From: Promethearchaeota archaeon
GTDB taxonomy: Archaea > Asgardarchaeota > Lokiarchaeia > Sigyniarchaeales > SOKP01
Direction of reading: 5' to 3'
NCBI GenBank assembly: GCA_048940645.1
Contig: JBHLOI010000011.1
Span: forward strand, 14,103 to 78,102
Length of the DNA: 64,000 bases
A program made the position numbers and the translations under genes. How positions within the stretch are numbered: position 1 is the first letter of the stretch; each line of letters starts with the position of its first letter. The notes beneath the pieces are model-generated. The model worked only from the letters and a program-made list of their open reading frames with translations. It made no database searches and was not told the origin of the DNA. Positions 9,069 through 18,600 of this stretch are shown here, piece by piece.

Positions 9069-10328
9069 ATGCCAAGTTCGAAAGAATTTATCGAAATGGA
9101 CCACGAATATTGTGCTCACAATTATCATCCAATTCCTGTTGTAATAACGAAAGCAGAGGGGGTTTGGGTATACGATCCGGAGGGTAATAAATATTTGGAT
9201 TGTTTATCTGCCTATTCAAGCCAAAATACTGGACATTGTCATCCTGAAGTCATAAAAGCCTTAAAAGAACAAGCTGATAAAGTTACGCTTACTTCTCGTG
9301 CATTTCATAATGATATGATGGGACCATTTTTAAAGAAACTATGTGAGATTGTAGGGCCTCATATTAATGACCCAAATATATCTGGAATTATGGCATTACC
9401 AATGAATACTGGCACTGAAGCAGTAGAAACAGGTCTAAAAGTTGCCAGAGCATGGGGATATATCAAGAAAAAAATCCCAAAAGATCAAGCCCAGATTATA
9501 ATCTGTAGAGATAATTTTCATGGGAGAACGATTACAATTGTTGGTTTTAGTACTGATATTTCTGCTGTAAAATATTATGGAAACTTCGGACCTTATACAC
9601 CAGGATTCACGATCATTCCCTATGGAGATGCTGATGAATTGGAAAATATTATATTAGAAATAGGTCCAGAACGAGTGGCTGGTTTTCTCTTTGAACCTGT
9701 ACAAGGAGAAGCTGGTGTTAAAGTTCCTCCAGAGGGATATATTAAAAAAGTAAGAGAAATCTGCAGTAAACATAATGTTTTAATGATCGCGGATGAAATT
9801 CAAACTGGTTTTGGCAGAACTGGAGAGCTATTTGCATGTGATCATGAGAATGTAAAACCAGATATGCTTTTATTAGGAAAAGCTCTTGGAGGTGGTGTAT
9901 ATCCTGTATCTGGAATAGTAACAACTAAAGAGATTGTTGGACCTGACGTAATTAAACCAGGAACCCATGGAAGTACGTTTGGAGGTAATCCTTTAGCATC
10001 TGCTGTTGCTATGAAATCTTTAGATATTCACATAGAAGATCACTTAGCAGAACGCGCTAAACAACTTGGTGCTTATTTTATAGATGGACTTAAAAAAATC
10101 GCAGAAAAAGAAACAATTGTACCTATAAAAGAAATAAGAGGTAAAGGATTACTAATGGCAATAGAATTTTCAACAGAAGCGAGACATATTGTAGAAATGC
10201 TAAAAGATAATGGAATTTTAGCTAAAGATACGCACTCTACTACCATACGCTTTGCTCCACCTTTAATTATTACGAAAGAACAAGTAGATTGGGCTTTAAA
10301 AGTCGTAGAAAAAGTACTTGTAAGATAA
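9069..10328 (+). CDS. rocD: Ornithine--oxo-acid aminotransferase (class III PLP aminotransferase)
   Basis: 'YCAHNYHPIPVVITKAEGVWVYDPEGNKYLDCLSAYSSQNTGHCHP', 'DEIQTGFGRTG', 'THGSTFGGNPLA'. Confidence 0.8.
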   Translation: MPSSKEFIEMDHEYCAHNYHPIPVVITKAEGVWVYDPEGNKYLDCLSAYSSQNTGHCHPEVIKALKEQADKVTLTSRAFHNDMMGPFLKKLCEIVGPHINDPNISGIMALPMNTGTEAVETGLKVARAWGYIKKKIPKDQAQIIICRDNFHGRTITIVGFSTDISAVKYYGNFGPYTPGFTIIPYGDADELENIILEIGPERVAGFLFEPVQGEAGVKVPPEGYIKKVREICSKHNVLMIADEIQTGFGRTGELFACDHENVKPDMLLLGKALGGGVYPVSGIVTTKEIVGPDVIKPGTHGSTFGGNPLASAVAMKSLDIHIEDHLAERAKQLGAYFIDGLKKIAEKETIVPIKEIRGKGLLMAIEFSTEARHIVEMLKDNGILAKDTHSTTIRFAPPLIITKEQVDWALKVVEKVLVR

Positions 10329-10402
10329 AAAATCCGCTTACACACTATTTAAAATTTCCAAAAAAAAAAGATTTAAATAATTATAATGTTCTAAAATTTA
10401 AA

Positions 10403-12868
10403 TTAAAGATAATATATAAGATATTTCATAGACTCTGCTATACTCCTAATTTCCCAGTAATCATATCGCATTGGCTTGTATGTCCAAGTTTCATACAACA
10501 TTAATTGATCATAAGCATGAGGGCTCAGCTCCATGTATCCATTTATGAATCCACTTTGACCTGGTGGAATAACATTCATTGCATTAACCGTATCATCATA
10601 AACTGACCAACCTCTTGTTTTTATCATTTCTACAACTTGGTTGTATGTTCCACGATTCATAGAATGCATTACAGGGGACGGTAATGCTCCCTGCGCTCCA
10701 AACCATGTTTTCATAACTGGTGTAAGCCATGTATCCATATCAGGTCCACGTTCACCTATTAAATATGTGAGTGCATCCTTTAATACTTGATTAATGACGT
10801 CATTTTTATCTTCGCCATTGAGATAATCATAATATAAAGGTAATTTTGAAGCAGGGCCATCAAATACGTGGATCAATTCACTAGTTCCTCTCCCCACTCC
10901 TGCGGGAAGGTCATCATCAAACACAGCGTTATCAATTCTTCTATACCACTCATCAAAGATTGTTAAGCCAGGATCGTCATAAGTAGCGGCAGGATCGGGA
11001 TAGCGTGGTAATTCAATATCATTATAATGATGATTCCATGCTTCTAAATAGGGTAATGCTGCTTGAATATCTGGATCAACAGAACTACTGGCAGCTGCTA
11101 TTAAATCATCTAATAAACTCATCGCTGGAATATGGTTATAGCCAGCATCCATATTAATGCCATTCATATCCTCGTATGTATGTTTATCCTTCATACTTAA
11201 GAGATCCTGTATTCGTTTAACACGATGTCCTTCACCCCAATCAACTTCTGCATAAGGCCAATTAGCTATTGGTTTATTATTCCAATTAGCAAGAAAACCT
11301 TCTTCAGGGTTAAGGCATTTTGGCATATCAGCGAACCCCCCTATACGTACCCATTCTTCTTCTCCAGTACCCCATAATGGAAATCTATCATCGATAATTC
11401 TTCCATCTTTACCTGTTACAGGCTTTATAGGGAAGTATCCAGAATGGCAATATGCTATATTTCCATATCTATCTGCCCAATAGAAGTTATGATTTGGTTG
11501 GACCGTAGCACAAGCATCAAAAAAGTCCCAATGTGTTCGTGCTTGTTGAAAAAGAAGCCATCCCTCTTCAGCCTCAAGATCGTTTAAGTAATAAGGAGTT
11601 TTCATGGTGAAAGCTAAATGGTTATCTTCATCCTCCCCAATAATAGGCCCATGAATGGTACGTCTAATATCAAAATCTACGTAAGTCGCTTTTCCAGGGC
11701 CATAAATTCTTTCGGTTCTTACATCCATATCCTCCCATACACCGTTATACAAATATTGGTTATGATTGTTAGGATTTAGAACTTCAATGTAAGTATCCAT
11801 TACATCTGAATTGCCAGTCGTAGAAGTCCAAGCTCCATGAGTGCTTACTCCAATCAGTATACAAGGAACCATAGGCATCATCATGCCAACAGCATTAATT
11901 CCAGCTCCGTGTAACCCTACTTCCATAACAATTTGAGGAATTGAGTGTCCCATTTGAGGCCCTCCTACTTGAAGCGCATTTCCCGATTCAGACTTAATTG
12001 GACTAACTATCCACGCATTGCTTCCAAATGTAGTAGGTAATCCTAAAGATTCGAAGAGTTCAGTTTGTCCCATTTGAGCTTCCTCATAATTACTCCATAC
12101 TTCATTTATATTGCTTGAAGCCTCAAGAATGCTACTAACATCATTTAAATCACCAGCAAACCAATTTACCTCTCCCATACACTCGCCTCTGATTGATGTT
12201 TCCGACCCAGGATCGTTTTGTGGGTATAGATCATTAAAGATACCCCATGCATCCTCTGGTCCATATCGGTTCATCAATGACTCTAACGCTGCAGCATACC
12301 CAAGCTCACCACCTCCACAACCTCCAAATCTCCATGCCATCATAGACATGATAGCTACACTATCTTCAATTGTCCAAGGTTCAGGAAGGAATCCAAATGC
12401 TAAATATTCAAGAGGTATCTTTGAAAGATCTCCCATCATAAGAGCCTGCAAAGCTTCATTGATATATGCATTCATCCCATCAACAAATGCTAATAACATC
12501 TCTTTAAGTTTTGCTTGTGGTTTAGTTGGAACCCATTTATTAAAAATTTCTAATAATTCTGCTCTACTATATCCTAGTTTTCTGGTCTGTAAATCCTGTT
12601 CTATTGTAGCTAAACCGAGTTCTGCAAGGCTTCCAAAAGCATTATGTCTATAAAGTTCTGCCTGCCACAGTCTATCTTGTGCCGTTATGTATCCGCATCC
12701 AAAACCCAATCCTTCTTTTGTTCTTGCGAAGACATGAGGGACGCCATAATTATCTCTTATAATTGTGATTCTATCATAACTATAAGGATATGGTTTAACA
12801 GGAGTTATTGATAAAATTGTGGTTAGAATCAATATTGATAATAAATATGCTAATTTCTTTTTATCCAT
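10403..12868 (-). CDS. Penicillin-acylase family (Ntn hydrolase, S45) amidase, secreted or membrane-anchored
   Basis: N-terminal hydrophobic signal, 'IIRDNYGVPHVFARTKEGLGFGCGYITAQDRLWQAELYR', and the predicted nucleophile site 'TFGSNAWIVSP'. Confidence 0.75.
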   Translation of the reverse strand: MDKKKLAYLLSILILTTILSITPVKPYPYSYDRITIIRDNYGVPHVFARTKEGLGFGCGYITAQDRLWQAELYRHNAFGSLAELGLATIEQDLQTRKLGYSRAELLEIFNKWVPTKPQAKLKEMLLAFVDGMNAYINEALQALMMGDLSKIPLEYLAFGFLPEPWTIEDSVAIMSMMAWRFGGCGGGELGYAAALESLMNRYGPEDAWGIFNDLYPQNDPGSETSIRGECMGEVNWFAGDLNDVSSILEASSNINEVWSNYEEAQMGQTELFESLGLPTTFGSNAWIVSPIKSESGNALQVGGPQMGHSIPQIVMEVGLHGAGINAVGMMMPMVPCILIGVSTHGAWTSTTGNSDVMDTYIEVLNPNNHNQYLYNGVWEDMDVRTERIYGPGKATYVDFDIRRTIHGPIIGEDEDNHLAFTMKTPYYLNDLEAEEGWLLFQQARTHWDFFDACATVQPNHNFYWADRYGNIAYCHSGYFPIKPVTGKDGRIIDDRFPLWGTGEEEWVRIGGFADMPKCLNPEEGFLANWNNKPIANWPYAEVDWGEGHRVKRIQDLLSMKDKHTYEDMNGINMDAGYNHIPAMSLLDDLIAAASSSVDPDIQAALPYLEAWNHHYNDIELPRYPDPAATYDDPGLTIFDEWYRRIDNAVFDDDLPAGVGRGTSELIHVFDGPASKLPLYYDYLNGEDKNDVINQVLKDALTYLIGERGPDMDTWLTPVMKTWFGAQGALPSPVMHSMNRGTYNQVVEMIKTRGWSVYDDTVNAMNVIPPGQSGFINGYMELSPHAYDQLMLYETWTYKPMRYDYWEIRSIAESMKYLIYYL

Positions 12869-12990
12869 TTAAAAATTTCACTTTTTTATTTTTTGTTTTT
12901 TCTTTTTATTAAATTCAGATTTCACGAACAAGTTTGTCGATTAAATATTTAAACTTTACTCTTAGAAGCTTTGCGTCAAAAAAATGAAAA

Positions 12991-13017
12991 AATTTAGTGT
13001 TTTTATCACACTAAATT
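12991..13017 (-). terminator. Perfect 10-bp stem, 7-nt loop hairpin followed on the minus strand by a T-run, downstream of the carbamate kinase gene
   Basis: 'aatttagtgt'-'ttttatc'-'acactaaatt'. The plus-strand A-run at 12978-12990 reads as oligo-T on the transcribed strand. Confidence 0.4.
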
Positions 13018-13065
13018 ACTTTTTTGGTAATATAATAGAAATTTTTATCCCAAAAAGTAAAAAGA

Positions 13066-13971
13066 TTAAATATAGAAATGCGTGCCAGCCTCTCCTTCTA
13101 ATGCTGCTTTAATTTTTTCAATGGACGTTATAATTGCTTGTTCACCTCCACTTTCTAAGAAATTAATTAACGCCTGAACTTTCGGACCCATACTACCTGG
13201 AGGAAAATGTCCTTCTTTCATATATTTTTTAGCTTCCATGATTGATAGTTTATCGAGATATTGAAAATCTATTGTCCCATAGTTTAACGCAACTTTTTCC
13301 ACATCCGTGGCGATTAATAAGATATCTGCACCAATTTGTTCAGCTAATTTGGAACTTGCTAAATCTTTATCAATCACAGCCTCTACACCATTAAAACGAT
13401 TACCTTCTTTGACAACTGGTATTCCCCCGCCTCCACAAGCAATAACAATAAAATTTTCTTCCATTAATTTTTTGATTTCTCTTCGTTGTACAATCCTTAT
13501 TGGTTTTGGGGAGGGTACTACACGTCTCCAACCTTTTGAAGTTTTTACAAAACCAGGTTTTTTACGTTTGTATATTGGGCCAATTGGTTTAGTTGGACGT
13601 TTAAATGCGCGATCATTTGGATCAACTTCTACATATGTCAAAACTGTTAAAAAATATTTTTCAACATCCATTCCTAAATGCATAAGTTCTTCATCTAATG
13701 TAGATTCGATAAGAAATCCAATTTGTCCTTGGGTTTCTGCGACTAAAATCTCTAAAGGCATTTTAGATACTTCAGATGTAGCTTCTTGTTGAAGCAGAAG
13801 TGCGCCAACTTGTGGGCCATTCCCATGCGTTATTATTATATTATATTCCTTTGACAATTCAGCAATTTGTTTAATAGGAGCTTTTAGATTATTTAGCATC
13901 TGTTCTGCAGTTCCTATCTCCCCCGGCTTAATAAGAGCATTTCCTCCAAGGGCAACTATTAAAGTTTTCAT
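13066..13971 (-). CDS. arcC: Carbamate kinase
   Basis: 'MKTLIVALGGNALIKPGE', 'IITHGNGPQVG', 'ACGGGGIPV'. Confidence 0.85.
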   Translation of the reverse strand: MKTLIVALGGNALIKPGEIGTAEQMLNNLKAPIKQIAELSKEYNIIITHGNGPQVGALLLQQEATSEVSKMPLEILVAETQGQIGFLIESTLDEELMHLGMDVEKYFLTVLTYVEVDPNDRAFKRPTKPIGPIYKRKKPGFVKTSKGWRRVVPSPKPIRIVQRREIKKLMEENFIVIACGGGGIPVVKEGNRFNGVEAVIDKDLASSKLAEQIGADILLIATDVEKVALNYGTIDFQYLDKLSIMEAKKYMKEGHFPPGSMGPKVQALINFLESGGEQAIITSIEKIKAALEGEAGTHFYI

Positions 13972-14134
13972 CGCATATGGGTACTGAAGAATTTAAAATT
14001 TAATTACAGATATTATATTTTACTGTCCAAAAAAATAATTTAGTCTTTAAGTTTTTAAAAATTTTATGATTCTGAAGAGTATAAAATTCCCTCATTCCTT
14101 TTATAAATCCTTCTCCTCATTCTCATCATCCCAA

Positions 14135-14150
14135 TTTTTTCTTTAAATAT
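14135..14150 (+). promoter_or_regulatory. Promoter element, TTTTTCTTTAAATA class
   Basis: 'ttttttctttaaatat', 53 nt upstream of ATG 14204. Confidence 0.4.
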
Positions 14151-14194
14151 CCTCATAACTTCACATTATTTATCATAAAAAGTACAAATTTGAG

Positions 14195-15280
14195 TTGAAA
14201 ATTATGCAACTAGTAGAAGTTATAAGGGATATACAAACACGAATTCTAGAAAATCCAGATGAAATTATGAAATACATTCAAATTGGCATAAGTATCCCTA
14301 TATTGCCAGAATTTTGGAAATATATGCGAAGTGATTTCGAAGAATACAATGCCAAATCGATCATTCTCGAAGAGGAAGTAGGTACAGAAACATTTGGAAA
14401 GATGACCGATAAAGTAATTGGTCATACATTAGTCTATAATGACGGTGGGGATGTCTTATTTTTTGGATTTTTTAGGGTAATCGATCATGATCCGCGAAAT
14501 ATCGAGGTTTTAGTAAATAGAATAATTGAGTATGCTCGTGAAAACGATTTCACTTCGATTCGAGGCCCCATTAATGTACCCACGGTCATTTTTGGATGGG
14601 GTTTTATGGTTGAAGGGAGTAGAAAAGATTTATTTATCGGCTCACCAGTAAATCCCCCAATTTATCAGAAAATGTTCATGGAAAAGGGGTTTACGATAAA
14701 ATTTCAAGAGGATAGATATTGGATGCCTGCTATGAAAATGGATCCATACCGTAATCCTGCTTTAAAAAAGAAAGGGGTAAATTTTGCAGAATATGAATTT
14801 TCCAATCCAGGGTTAGAAGGGATGATGCAAATCAAGGATGAGTATATCGAAATCCATGCAGACTATATGCCTCCTTCGGCAAAAATTACTCCCAAAGCAT
14901 CAAAAAACTTTGATAATATTGTGGATTTCGTACATAGATATGGGACTAATTGGATGATGTGGATTGTGCGTCATAAAGCAACTGGGCAGCTTGCAGCCTG
15001 TGGTTACGTAATTCCAGATGTATTCCATAAAGACAGAAAAGGAGAACTTGACTCGATTAGCTTTCATGACTGGGTAGTCCATCCTAACCATCGTCGTAAA
15101 TATCTCTCCATGCTAATGTACGGAGAAACTTCATTACGAGCAAAAGACCGAAAAACACCTCACTATATAAAACGGGGTTCATGGCCAGTGGGAGCTGACA
15201 ATATTGCCAATGCCAATGCTGCTAAAAAGATGGGCGGAAAAAAAGATAGAAGCCATGTAATATTACAATTGGAGTTATAA
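14195..15280 (+). CDS. Hypothetical protein, possibly GNAT-like acyltransferase fold
   Basis: Long ORF with conserved-looking blocks ('VLFFGFFRVIDHD', 'IRGPINVPT') that I cannot assign safely. The listed start is TTG 14195; ATG 14204 is more likely. Confidence 0.3.
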   Translation: MKIMQLVEVIRDIQTRILENPDEIMKYIQIGISIPILPEFWKYMRSDFEEYNAKSIILEEEVGTETFGKMTDKVIGHTLVYNDGGDVLFFGFFRVIDHDPRNIEVLVNRIIEYARENDFTSIRGPINVPTVIFGWGFMVEGSRKDLFIGSPVNPPIYQKMFMEKGFTIKFQEDRYWMPAMKMDPYRNPALKKKGVNFAEYEFSNPGLEGMMQIKDEYIEIHADYMPPSAKITPKASKNFDNIVDFVHRYGTNWMMWIVRHKATGQLAACGYVIPDVFHKDRKGELDSISFHDWVVHPNHRRKYLSMLMYGETSLRAKDRKTPHYIKRGSWPVGADNIANANAAKKMGGKKDRSHVILQLEL

Positions 15281-15328
15281 ATTAATTAGATTTTTTTTTA
15301 TTTTTATTTTATTTAAATTGTTATATAT

Positions 15329-15664
15329 TCATTCTTGATCAATTTTCTCTTTTAAACCATGATAAATAGTATTAATCCTTCCTCCTATTTGTTCTAAAAA
15401 TTCATTTCTTTCTTTTAGTTCTTTTAGCAACCTATCTGACGTTAAATTATGATGGGTATCATTTTCTAGCCTAACATACGAGGGGAAAAACTTTAATAGA
15501 TCCTCTTTCATTTTGATACGAGATTTTAGAATATATTCTCGAAGCTGCTTCTCGCTAATCTTTCCCGAAACTGCTTGATTAATAATGAGCTTTAATTTAT
15601 AAAACTCCTCTTTTTTTAATAATACATCATCTAAAGCATCTTCTAATATGGTACTTATTTTCAT
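15329..15664 (-). CDS. Small alpha-helical / coiled-coil protein, last gene of the VirB4-like cluster
   Basis: 111 aa, rich in charged heptad-like sequence. It starts 7 nt after the stop of the 1234-aa gene. Confidence 0.5.
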   Translation of the reverse strand: MKISTILEDALDDVLLKKEEFYKLKLIINQAVSGKISEKQLREYILKSRIKMKEDLLKFFPSYVRLENDTHHNLTSDRLLKELKERNEFLEQIGGRINTIYHGLKEKIDQE

Positions 15665-15671
15665 AGTATTA

Positions 15672-18600
15672 TCACCTATTTAAAAATTTTTTTAAGCTGA
15701 TATACCAATCATACACCAAATTATACACTTCATTAGCTAAATGTTCCTGATTACCTGTTCTTAGCTCAATTTGCTCACACCTTTCGAATAAGCTTAATAA
15801 ATCATCAGCATAGAAAGGAAATCCTTGAATATCAGAAATTAGCTTGATAAACTCAACAACATTTTTTTTAGTAATTTCATTCTCAGGATGATAATAGTGA
15901 AGATAACACCTCTTAAAATAATCTGATAAAAACACTTTTAACATTTTAAGACTAGCAATAAATTGTTTATTTTCGATAAAATAGTTAATATTAAATAGAT
16001 TTCGTAACATTTTTCCGTCAAAATTAAGCGTAAGTACGTTCTTAAGTCTTATTTGAGTTTCATGTGATAATTTAGGTGTTAAAAATCGGGGAACTCCAGA
16101 TGATTCCTTTTTAATTACATTAAATACAATATGACCCGGATTATTTGATTTCGCTTCATAATATTCCTGTATTGCTTTCTCATAAGCAGGACCAATAATT
16201 AGACAAGTCCTTGTAGATTGGCCACCTCCCGCAGCTCTGGGATGGTCTTCTACTAAATAATCATATCTTCGTAAAATTTCATAAATAGTATCTCGGATTA
16301 TCATAATTTGTTTTTTATTTTGAGAATAATTTTGAGAAATTTTGGGATGTAAATATTCCAAGAGCAATTTCTTTATTTTTTTTTCGTACAAGCCAGCAAC
16401 ATTTTGTACAGCTTTTATTTGTTTAAAAAATCTAATTAATTCATTTCGATATTCGATGTATTCCCCTAAATCTCGTTCAAGCTTAGTTTTTTGAGCCAAG
16501 CTTAAAATCTTTTTTTCACTAAATTTCAAATCATAACCTAGGGTATCCATATGATCTACAATTTTATTATATTCCAATGGTTTCGCATTATTCACATCAT
16601 CAATCAGGAGTATTACTGGAAATGACTGTTCCACGTCCGAACGTTTCATAAGTATTTGATTATGCTTTAAGTTTCGTAAGAAATGGATTTGATAATTCTC
16701 ATTCCTTGTGGAACTATAATATCCCGTCCCATGTAACTCATTTAAGTTTAACAGATTTGATAATGTGGCAATATCGCGTGAATCTGTGGTCCGAAAGGTC
16801 ACTAAATTGCTCAAAAATTTATATATATTAGGATGTAAATAGCGAATCTCATTTGCAGAGCAAATAATACCAAAGTTCTTTTCTTTTAAGGGATCAAAAA
16901 ACTTATCTATTAAACCATAATTTGCCACTTTATCTAAGTAGGCATTCTCAAAAACGATATCAACATGAGGGAGAAAAATAAATTTAGAGAAATATCGGGG
17001 TGAATTCTCACAGTAGCGGATTAATTTTGAAAGGACCAAAAACATAAGGTAACAGAGCGTTTTATAATCCTTTGAAATAGAAATATCTACAATAACCGTA
17101 TGATGAGTAGTGATGAATTCATGTACTTTCACTATATTCTCATCTGTAGTATGCAAAAACGTTAAATCTTCTTGAGAAATATCACTTAGAGTAGAGAGCA
17201 ATCCCTCAACAGTTGCATTTTTCTCATATTCTGGTTTGTGCTGAAGATCAATCTTTGCCAAATTTAAGTTTCCCCCATATTGACGAATACTATTTTTAAA
17301 GCTGTGCATAAAACGCTCATCTTTTCTAAAACTCATCGCATATGCCTCAAACATATACTCTAAATACTTGATATTATCATTTTCATAGGGAATTTCAGAA
17401 TCAAACGGATCTAGCGTAAAAGCCTTTCCTAATTTAAAATATAAGATATTCTGTTGAAACTTTGTATTTTCAAAGTAAGTTAGCAATCTTGACCATCTCC
17501 CGGTAAAATCAAAAATAAGGCAGGGGATTTCCTTTTTAATAAGTTCAGCAGCCATTTTCATATTAAGTAGTTCTCTATTAAAGTTTGTACCATTTGTAAT
17601 CAATAAAGAATGAAGTTGTTCAAACAAAAATCCTGCTGGAACCTCTTCTCTCAATGTTTCTGTGTTTAAAGCGCGTCCAATTTCAATAAAATTGTCTAAA
17701 TGTAAGGGAGTATTAAACTCAGTTGCAATCTGGACATCTATTCCTTTCTTTAGTTCATTTGGGATGGTAATAATGCTTATAAGTGCAGTTCCTTGATACA
17801 CCACATGCCACAGGTGGGAGCCATTAGAATAAATATTATTGTTTTTTACCAGCTCGCATTGGAAACCAGATTCTAATAATTGTTTTTGAAGTTTGATCAA
17901 TTGAAATCTTTTAAAATTAGTTCGGAAGGTTTCCAGGAGTACAGTTCCCGCTTTATATAGCTGTTTATTAATGATGGATATAGATTTCGTGGAAACATGT
18001 TGGGTAGGTACACGAAATGAAGTTGAAAGTGAAAAAATTGATTCCCAAATACCACCACGTCTATCTAACCAATTATATCTATCCTCATCATTAAGTAACC
18101 GTCTTACGATGAAATTCCTTACTTTTTCACGAGTCTCCTTCGCATATTTCTTATCCACCTCAGCAAATGAAAGTGGACGGGAAATTGCTGTATAGGTAAA
18201 AGGTAGTTGATATCGGTTTACTCCTGAGAAAAATTTACTGAATGAACCAAATGGAGGCTTTAAAACCTTATTTACGGTGTACATTTTTATTCCGATTAAT
18301 TCTTTGTTATCCATATGGGCAAAGAGAATATCAGGGATACGATTGGATAGAAAAAATCTTACATTTTGAAAGGGATCCACAACACTAATCTCTTGATAGT
18401 TAAAAAATTTTAAAGAGAATAGTTGAAAAAAGATGTTTTTCCACCAAATAATCAAGAGCACGGGGATGAAAATTATATTAAACATTATAATAAAAAGCAT
18501 GGGAAAAGAAAGAAGTACGAAGTATGTATTGAAGATTACTAATAGTAGTGAGCTGAATATTGTTCTGAGTAGTGTAATTCTTTTACTAAAAGTGTTTAGA

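Noticed and set aside
12111-12653. 180-aa plus-strand ORF in the supplied track.
   Set aside because: It lies entirely antisense within the well-supported penicillin-acylase-family gene. Its composition is low-complexity and Ser/Pro-rich, with no promoter or ribosome-binding site. It is probably a by-product of locally higher G+C.
13307-13792. 161-aa plus-strand ORF in the supplied track.
   Set aside because: It is antisense to the clearly recognisable carbamate kinase gene and has no independent support.
9069-13971. A complete arginine deiminase pathway (arcA-arcB-arcC) implied by the carbamate kinase and OTC-like genes.
   Set aside because: No arginine deiminase-like ORF is present in the window. 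The OTC-like gene is 44 kb from arcC and has atypical motifs, so the pathway cannot be claimed from this sequence.
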